From: a virus
Length of the DNA stretch: 64,000 bases
Reading direction: 5' to 3' (one strand)
Virus record (IMG/VR): IMGVR_UViG_3300045988_119396
In this document: piece after piece, positions 57,521-64,000 of the stretch
Numbering within the stretch: position 1 is the first letter of the stretch
Layout of the letters: every line of letters starts with the position of its first letter
Position numbers and translations under genes: made by a program
Notes under the pieces: model-generated
Database searches by the model: none
What the model saw: the letters and a program-made list of their open reading frames with translations, nothing else
What the model was told of the DNA's origin: nothing

Positions 57521-58007
57521 TAACGCTTACCCCACTACCTTCAAGATTTTCTAGCTTATCTTTAACTTTGTTAAATCTATCGTCATCTTTACCTTGTTCT
57601 TCTAAAATCTTAGCAAACAAACCAGATATGTTATTTTTAGTCTTTACTAAATATTCTTTTAATGATAAGACTTCGCATTCATCATTACCAACAATCTCAT
57701 CAATTTTATACAACATACCATCATAGATATATTCAAACTCTACTAAGCACAATCTATCTTCACCTAGCACGTTGCCTACATCATTACAATGTAATACTAA
57801 GTTGTTTGTATTCATAATCTCACGTAGTAATTCTTGCCAATTTCTTAATGCTGTTTCACAACTACTAATCTTTTCATCATTGTTTGGGTCGGCTGCTAAT
57901 ATTGTAGTTAGTACATCAACATCACGACAAGTTTTTGATAATTCGATATTTTTAACTGCTATTACACGTTTGACTTTCACTTTACATACCACTGTCCTTT
58001 TTACCAA
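57513..58007 (-). CDS. hypothetical protein
   Basis: Track ORF. Confidence 0.4.
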   Translation of the reverse strand: MVKRTVVCKVKVKRVIAVKNIELSKTCRDVDVLTTILAADPNNDEKISSCETALRNWQELLREIMNTNNLVLHCNDVGNVLGEDRLCLVEFEYIYDGMLYKIDEIVGNDECEVLSLKEYLVKTKNNISGLFAKILEEQGKDDDRFNKVKDKLENLEGSGVSVNE

Positions 58008-61000
58008 AATTTATTAAATTAAATGCTTCTAACCAGAACTCTCTCTCATCTTCGCTCTTAGTCCATTTCCCATTGACATTAACTATCTTAGGTTTTGCAA
58101 CAACCTTCTTAATATTGATGAAATCACCCACCTCTATTTTTTGAGATATATAGTTTCGTTTTAACACCAATATTTGACTTGCTTTTCCAGTTTTTAAGCT
58201 ATAAATATTTAATTTATACCTATTACTCATCTTAGTTAAATCAGCCACAAAAACGTAAGTATTAGGTAATTTGTCATTGGAATAGCTAATTTTCCCTTTT
58301 AGTTCTAACTGTTGTTTAAGTTGGTAATCTAGCGGAAAATCAACGTTATTAGACGTTCTTTCAAACTCAAGGCATTCAAGATATGCCTTCTGTTTGTTGA
58401 TGAACGTCTTATTCTTTGGTTTATATATTTTGATAAACTTTTCATAAGTATCAGCTAATAGTTCAGAGCCACCAAATTCATCAAAATAATTCAGCGATAT
58501 TAAGTTTAGCATAATAGACTTATTAACTTCAACACATTTTTCTTTTTTTATGAAGATGTTTTTGTTGCACTTTGCAAGTTTGTCTATTTCCTTGACTTTT
58601 TCAGATGATAATTTATACAATTCTGTTAAATTTATTGCATAATTACCCTCTTGAATTGACTTAATAGGCTCGTAAATATCCAATAACAAGTCTGTAAATG
58701 TGTCATATTGGTTGTCACGTAAACTGTATAATTGTTCACCAGCTTTCTCATTTACACGTTTGATTGGTTCGATACCTTCATAAATTGAGTTAGTTTCCTT
58801 ATCCATGTAATACAATGCACGTGATTTTCTAAATCTAGCTGGCTTGATATTAATACCCCTGCTTTCAAGGTATGAAGTAACCTTTGCAATCTTTTCTGGT
58901 TTATCTTTCCAGATTTCACATGCTGCTGTACCCCACTCAAGAGGATAGTAATATCTTAACCATGTTGAGATATAGCCAATATATGAATATGCCATTGAGT
59001 GATTAATAGAGAAACCATAGTTAGCAGCGTCCATGAATACTTGCATAAAGTCTTTTGCAATCTTTTCAGCATGTTCTGTGCTGTCACCATATTTTTCCGT
59101 CATGGTCTTAACAAATGCTGTATGGATTTTAGGCACTTCTTCATCGATAACTTCCTTCAATTTCTTACCTATTGACCGCCTAATAACGTCTGCAGCCCCC
59201 GCTGTGTACCCACAAAATTGCACTAAAAACTGGATTAATTGTTCTTGATATACAAGATTACCGAGTGTAGGAGCTAAAAATTCATTTAAGGCTGGGTGTC
59301 CGTTATCTTTAACAATGCCATGAGTTACATTATATAAATAACTTGCACCAGATGGTCTTTGTGCTGCGTTGGCCAAACTTAACAAATCCATGTATCGAAC
59401 TTTTGTTCTTTTATTATTATCGAACTCATTTTCGATTTTGTCAATAGTATCTGGTGCGAACAAATCTTTAAGAATTTGCCCCGCTCTATCAGCTTCAAAT
59501 TGGAAGATACCAATATTATTATCACGCATGGAGTCCCAAACCTTTTTATCTTCAAAATCAACAATATCTGTACTGTCTGGAGTTAGGTATGGCAAACCAG
59601 CTAATTTGCACGCTTTGGAGATTAAACCAACGTTATCCAAGCCCAACATATCAAACTTAACCCAGTTGTAATGGTCTATTTCTTTCATAGTAACTTGTGT
59701 TACAGGATAGTCCCATTTAGAGATAGTTTGAATACCAACATGGTCGTCAATGGTATTAGTATCAATTAAAACACCAGCTGCATGTCTACCAAAGGAGTCA
59801 ATTACACCTACAATTTGTTTTGCATTATCAAATAGTTCTTTGTGCTCTTCGTATAAGGTATTGTTGTAATTACCCTTATCATCAATCTGATTTCTAATAC
59901 TTTGGATGTATTGTGGCTTACCAGCATATCTATCCATACCATCTGCGATAGCCTTGATAGCACCTTTTAGACCATAAGTGTTAGTTGTTAAGATGGAGGC
60001 AGCGTGCCACTTATCATTAGTCAACATCCATTGTTGTAACCATTGTTGGTCTTGACTATAGCTATCATTATCCACGTCCGCTAGGCTTACACGTTCTGGG
60101 TTCATAAATCGTTCAAAGTTTAATCCTAACTTAACACTGTCCATTTCAGTTTGATGACATAGATATGCGATTAAAGACCCCGATACCGAACCTCTTCCGT
60201 AACCAACATCAATATCATTATCGTGAGCTGCATTGAGGATGTCTTCGTGGCACAGCATGTAATCAATCGCACCGTTGTGCTTATATACTTCATATTCGTG
60301 TTTAACTCTATCCAAGTACACTTTACGTTCTTCTTTAGGTTTGTCTAAGATGCCTCTATCTTTCAACCCTTGTTTAATTCTCTTTTGGAACTCTTTCTCT
60401 GGGTCTTTGTATAATTTAGGGTATTTATGACTTTTATCTAACTCAAATTCTTCTACACTATTCGCAATATCTAAAGTTGATTTTAGACCTTGCGCTATAA
60501 TTTCATCGCTCATAATATCAACATTGAAATCATCACGTTGCTTTTGGAATGACTGAACCATTTCATCGTAAGATTTAACCCATAATTCAAACTCGTCATC
60601 GCTATCGTAACCATTACGTTTTCCCTTTTTAACAATCATTCTTAGTTCATTATGTTTAGGGTTTAAAGCATGAACGTCATTACTAGTAATAACATGGCAG
60701 CCAACTAACCTAGCATACTTAATAGCTAAAGTGTTTAATTCAGCTTGTTCCTTATTATCATGTGGTTGAATTTCAAAATAGAACATATCTTTATGCAATT
60801 TAGCCATATCAAGCCATTGTTGTACTATGTTCTTTTTAGTGTTTCTTATTTCTTCTGTATCATCTTTTTGGAATTTGTTTTGATAGATAAAACCCGCTAA
60901 ACAGGCTGTGGTAATATAGATATTACCGTTTTTAAAAGTTTGTTTTAATTCATCAAATAGAATACGAGGTTTACGATAGAAGTGTCCGTCCGTTCTATTA

Positions 61001-61323
61001 AAGGAGTTTGATGAAAGTTTGTTAATTTCCTTAACACCGTCATAATTTCGTGCTAAGAGAATTGTATGATAGGCTTCTTTGCCTTCCAAACTCATTGTCA
61101 CATAGGCTTCCATTCCATGAATATATTTCAAACCAGCTTGTTCTGCCAGTTCCTTTCGATATATCCACCGAACTACATTCCCATGTTCAGTTGATGTTAC
61201 TGCATTTAATCCATGTTCTTTAGCATAAGCAACATAATCTTTGAATTGAGTTACAACTTCAAAATAGTTACTATTACTAATATCTGTATGTTGATGTAAA
61301 CTTATCCACTGCTTATCTGCCAT
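57982..61323 (-). CDS. DNA polymerase III alpha subunit (DnaE/PolC-type, N-terminal PHP domain)
   Basis: HQHTDISNSNYFEV...AYAKEHGLNAVTSTEHGNV PHP motif; 1113 aa. Confidence 0.85.
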   Translation of the reverse strand: MADKQWISLHQHTDISNSNYFEVVTQFKDYVAYAKEHGLNAVTSTEHGNVVRWIYRKELAEQAGLKYIHGMEAYVTMSLEGKEAYHTILLARNYDGVKEINKLSSNSFNRTDGHFYRKPRILFDELKQTFKNGNIYITTACLAGFIYQNKFQKDDTEEIRNTKKNIVQQWLDMAKLHKDMFYFEIQPHDNKEQAELNTLAIKYARLVGCHVITSNDVHALNPKHNELRMIVKKGKRNGYDSDDEFELWVKSYDEMVQSFQKQRDDFNVDIMSDEIIAQGLKSTLDIANSVEEFELDKSHKYPKLYKDPEKEFQKRIKQGLKDRGILDKPKEERKVYLDRVKHEYEVYKHNGAIDYMLCHEDILNAAHDNDIDVGYGRGSVSGSLIAYLCHQTEMDSVKLGLNFERFMNPERVSLADVDNDSYSQDQQWLQQWMLTNDKWHAASILTTNTYGLKGAIKAIADGMDRYAGKPQYIQSIRNQIDDKGNYNNTLYEEHKELFDNAKQIVGVIDSFGRHAAGVLIDTNTIDDHVGIQTISKWDYPVTQVTMKEIDHYNWVKFDMLGLDNVGLISKACKLAGLPYLTPDSTDIVDFEDKKVWDSMRDNNIGIFQFEADRAGQILKDLFAPDTIDKIENEFDNNKRTKVRYMDLLSLANAAQRPSGASYLYNVTHGIVKDNGHPALNEFLAPTLGNLVYQEQLIQFLVQFCGYTAGAADVIRRSIGKKLKEVIDEEVPKIHTAFVKTMTEKYGDSTEHAEKIAKDFMQVFMDAANYGFSINHSMAYSYIGYISTWLRYYYPLEWGTAACEIWKDKPEKIAKVTSYLESRGINIKPARFRKSRALYYMDKETNSIYEGIEPIKRVNEKAGEQLYSLRDNQYDTFTDLLLDIYEPIKSIQEGNYAINLTELYKLSSEKVKEIDKLAKCNKNIFIKKEKCVEVNKSIMLNLISLNYFDEFGGSELLADTYEKFIKIYKPKNKTFINKQKAYLECLEFERTSNNVDFPLDYQLKQQLELKGKISYSNDKLPNTYVFVADLTKMSNRYKLNIYSLKTGKASQILVLKRNYISQKIEVGDFINIKKVVAKPKIVNVNGKWTKSEDEREFWLEAFNLINFGKKDSGM

Positions 61324-61960
61324 ATTCCTCTAACCACTTCTTTTCTCTGTTTTCTGTATCATAATGTTCTGCTAAGACTAATAAATTGCTACTGTCAAAA
61401 TCTTCGTAAACATCACCATTATATGTTACTAAATCAGTGTAGTATAGCGCTTTACCATTTGGGTGATAGTCAAATTCCTTATCAAACATTGTAAATTTAA
61501 TATGGCTAGTTGCATAACTGTCTAAATCTATATAACAATCATCCGCTCTTACAGTTTTGCCACGATAATTAACTAATACAATAGAGTCTGCATAGATGGG
61601 GGCACCTTCTCTATCTTTAATACCTAAATCACCACAAACTCTAAAATATTCCATAATGGCACTTTCTAACCAATCTGTATCAAACTTGGTATCGTTGCGA
61701 TATACTTTTGTATCTAACCACTCAGCAAAATGAACCAGATTGTTAATTGGTGGTACTGTTGCATTATCCCAGCTGTCCCACCAACCATTTACCGTAATTT
61801 CTTTACCGTTAGCTAATTTGAATATAAAAGTAGGGTATTCAAACATTTCGTAAGTTCCAAAGCAAAATTCACAAGTTCCAACATCAACTTCTTCATATTC
61901 AGTTTGTACATCAATTAAATGTATTTCCATCCAAATTTCCTCCATTAAAATACTATCCAA
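61313..61960 (-). CDS. hypothetical protein
   Basis: Track ORF. Confidence 0.45.
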   Translation of the reverse strand: MDSILMEEIWMEIHLIDVQTEYEEVDVGTCEFCFGTYEMFEYPTFIFKLANGKEITVNGWWDSWDNATVPPINNLVHFAEWLDTKVYRNDTKFDTDWLESAIMEYFRVCGDLGIKDREGAPIYADSIVLVNYRGKTVRADDCYIDLDSYATSHIKFTMFDKEFDYHPNGKALYYTDLVTYNGDVYEDFDSSNLLVLAEHYDTENREKKWLEEYGR

Positions 61961-62999
61961 ACAACATGTTCATGATTTCATCTGTTTCATCATCTTGTTG
62001 TTTATCCATTTCACCACCGAATAGCCATGCTGTATCTTCATCTAAGTTTTCTTCTGGTGGCAAATCATCTACTAAATTTTCACGTTTCTTAAAGTAATCA
62101 GATGTATGATATGCACACAATTTCTTGTCATAATAGTTATCTGGGTCATATGGATATGTGTAAGATAGGTAACCTTCTAAATCTTCAATATCTTCTAAAG
62201 CTACAATTTCATCACACTTGTTGCCGATATGTTTATTCAATTCTTTTATATCATCTTCATTAATATCAATTTCAATGAAGTAGTTTTCAATATAGAATTG
62301 TTCCCGAATATCTTCTGGTAAGTTATCCATATCGTTATTTGCACAAGCTGTATCAATCATTTCTTCGATTGTGATAGGGTCTAAGTCAGTTTTCTTCAAC
62401 TTGGTTTCTAACTTCTTACGCATTTTCTCTACCCATTGATAACGTTCTTGCACACTTGTTTTCCATTTACCATTTTCTTGTTTAAAATGAACTGTACAAT
62501 ATTTAGCCATATCAAAACGTGCCTTAATCTTATCGTAAGGAATACCATGTACTTGGTGTTCCGCCATAGCATACAATCTTAACTGCATTGATTTTTCTGG
62601 TAACTTAGCTTTTGAGAAACTAGACTTAGATGAAGTCTTATAATCAACCAATACTAAATTCCCATCTTCATCAGTATATTCTGTATCAACATAACCAACG
62701 AATACATATTTATTACCCTTATCACTTTCAACAATGGCTCTAACAGGCTTTTCATTAACTGCTTTATCTGTCATAACCTTTGTATGTTTGAAATAGTGAT
62801 TAAGGTTTTTGATGTAACCATCTTTAATCTTTACAGTATCAAACATGTAACGTGCTGGGTCGCTTTCCCATTTAGCTACAAACTTACTCCATTGCTTATA
62901 CAAGTCATCATATTCAATTTCATGGTTGTAAAAGTCTTCCATTTCTTGATGGAATTGAGAACCCATAAATGAATAGATATTACCCTTTGCTAAATCCAT
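61953..62999 (-). CDS. PD-(D/E)XK family exonuclease (RecB/lambda Exo-like)
   Basis: GYVDTEYTDEDGNLVLVDYKTSSK gives motifs D...(D/E)xK. Confidence 0.5.
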   Translation of the reverse strand: MDLAKGNIYSFMGSQFHQEMEDFYNHEIEYDDLYKQWSKFVAKWESDPARYMFDTVKIKDGYIKNLNHYFKHTKVMTDKAVNEKPVRAIVESDKGNKYVFVGYVDTEYTDEDGNLVLVDYKTSSKSSFSKAKLPEKSMQLRLYAMAEHQVHGIPYDKIKARFDMAKYCTVHFKQENGKWKTSVQERYQWVEKMRKKLETKLKKTDLDPITIEEMIDTACANNDMDNLPEDIREQFYIENYFIEIDINEDDIKELNKHIGNKCDEIVALEDIEDLEGYLSYTYPYDPDNYYDKKLCAYHTSDYFKKRENLVDDLPPEENLDEDTAWLFGGEMDKQQDDETDEIMNMLFG

Positions 63000-63147
63000 A
63001 TGCCATAAGTAAGTAGCTACGTAATCCCATTTACATGCCTCAAACTTGGAAACTCTACTATAACTCCAAATTCTATCTACATCATACTTTTTCTTTAACG
63101 CATTTAGTTGTTCTTTGGTTAATCGTGCTATTTTATCTTATCCCACC

Positions 63148-64000
63148 TTATACAAAATTTACTTTATTTCTAGTTTTCATTGAATACCGCCAACCTACAC
63201 CTTTTTTACCCAAAGTATCTATTGGTGATTGCTTAGGCTTGAATATATTAACAGGCGGTCTAATATACGATACTCTACGGAATTTGGAGAACTTATCTGC
63301 TACTTCTTTTAGATATTCTTCCCCACCATTTTCACCAAACATAACATCTTCATCAAACGCTATGACAATCTCACAGTCTTCTGGGGTGTTCCTTATAATG
63401 AACTTCCGTTGTATTTCAGATACGTTGTGATTGCCTAATGCAACAGAATATCCTTTACCACGTTTATATGTGAATTGCTTTAATACCGACTTTTCACCCT
63501 CGAACAAAATAAGCATATTACTCTTAGCTAAATTGCTCTTAGATTGTTGGAAACCATATAGGTTATTACTCTTAGAAAAGCCATCAATATAATTCCAATA
63601 CTTAGGAACACCTAGCAACTTGGCTGTATCACTATCTAATATAGTTCTGCCTTGTATGCCAACAATGTTATTCTCATCATTCCAATCATAATGTGGAAAG
63701 ATTATCCTATCTCTTTCTGAGTCATAACAGATGTTGAATTGTTTAATTACATCTGGTGAAATACCTTCTTCAATCAATGATTTATGTGGCATTGGAATGA
63801 AACAACTAAGATAGCTATTGTCATACTTTTTGTTTTCTTTGCCTTGCACAACCATCCCATACTTAGCAAATTGTCTATATTCTTCAATCAAGCTAGTAGT
63901 TTGACTTTGTTGTATTGAGTTCCCAACCCCAAACAATGCTTTCATGTAAGCAAATGTTGTAGTGAAGTCCCAACCTTTTATCTCCTGTATTGCACCAATC
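63148..64000 (-). CDS. DnaG-like primase, TOPRIM domain; N-terminus lies beyond the window
   Basis: LILFEGEKSV (EGE) and IVIAFDEDV (DxD). The frame is still open at nt 64000. Confidence 0.55.
   Translation of the reverse strand, partial: IGAIQEIKGWDFTTTFAYMKALFGVGNSIQQSQTTSLIEEYRQFAKYGMVVQGKENKKYDNSYLSCFIPMPHKSLIEEGISPDVIKQFNICYDSERDRIIFPHYDWNDENNIVGIQGRTILDSDTAKLLGVPKYWNYIDGFSKSNNLYGFQQSKSNLAKSNMLILFEGEKSVLKQFTYKRGKGYSVALGNHNVSEIQRKFIIRNTPEDCEIVIAFDEDVMFGENGGEEYLKEVADKFSKFRRVSYIRPPVNIFKPKQSPIDTLGKKGVGWRYSMKTRNKVNFV

Overview
The window is AT-rich, densely packed DNA from a large tailed phage, probably infecting a low-GC Gram-positive host. 

From 1 to 29 kb on the + strand there is a run of about 45 short early-type genes, most preceded by a GGTGG or GGAGG ribosome-binding site. 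Embedded among them are a beta-clamp-like gene, a Bro-N antirepressor, a solitary HigB-like toxin, a tyrosine recombinase, a dNMP kinase, and a replication/recombination block. That block holds an SSB-like gene, a P-loop ATPase, a metallophosphoesterase, a DnaB-like helicase and a RecD-like helicase. Further along are a PnuC-like transporter, a four-copy tandem paralog family and an NrdH glutaredoxin. 

From 29.2 to 33.85 kb is an almost ORF-free accessory island. It carries an intact tnpB gene (IS200/IS605-type RuvC nuclease) with no tnpA, followed by about 2.3 kb of structured non-coding DNA. That DNA contains a probable tRNA-Ser(GCU), an anticodon-arm-less tRNA-like element, several T-arm minihelices and a relatively GC-rich structured segment. 

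From 33.8 to 39.3 kb come nucleotide-salvage genes (a deoxynucleoside kinase and an NDT-like gene), two tiny membrane peptides, a 185-aa mini tyrosine recombinase and an array of small transcription units. The array is seven tandem cassettes of about 120 bp, each with its own extended -10 promoter and its own terminator, and five share a conserved core. Nothing at this locus matches a system I recognise. 

From 39.6 kb to the window end the genes run on the - strand. They include thymidine kinase, a MazG-like gene, a methyltransferase-like gene, two DNA methyltransferases (one split in a homopolymer), small membrane proteins and triple tandem paralogs. There is also an IscB-like gene (PLMP, RuvC-I, Arg-rich bridge helix and HNH) that terminates inside the expected RuvC-III motif, with a possible omega-RNA leader upstream. 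The remaining - strand genes are an ATP-dependent DNA ligase, a DnaE-type polymerase III alpha subunit, a PD-(D/E)XK exonuclease and a partial primase. 

A strong sigma-A-type promoter followed by a conserved leader (GTTAAGAGTTTAGAGAATAAATG) recurs six times. Two copies flank the tnpB island.
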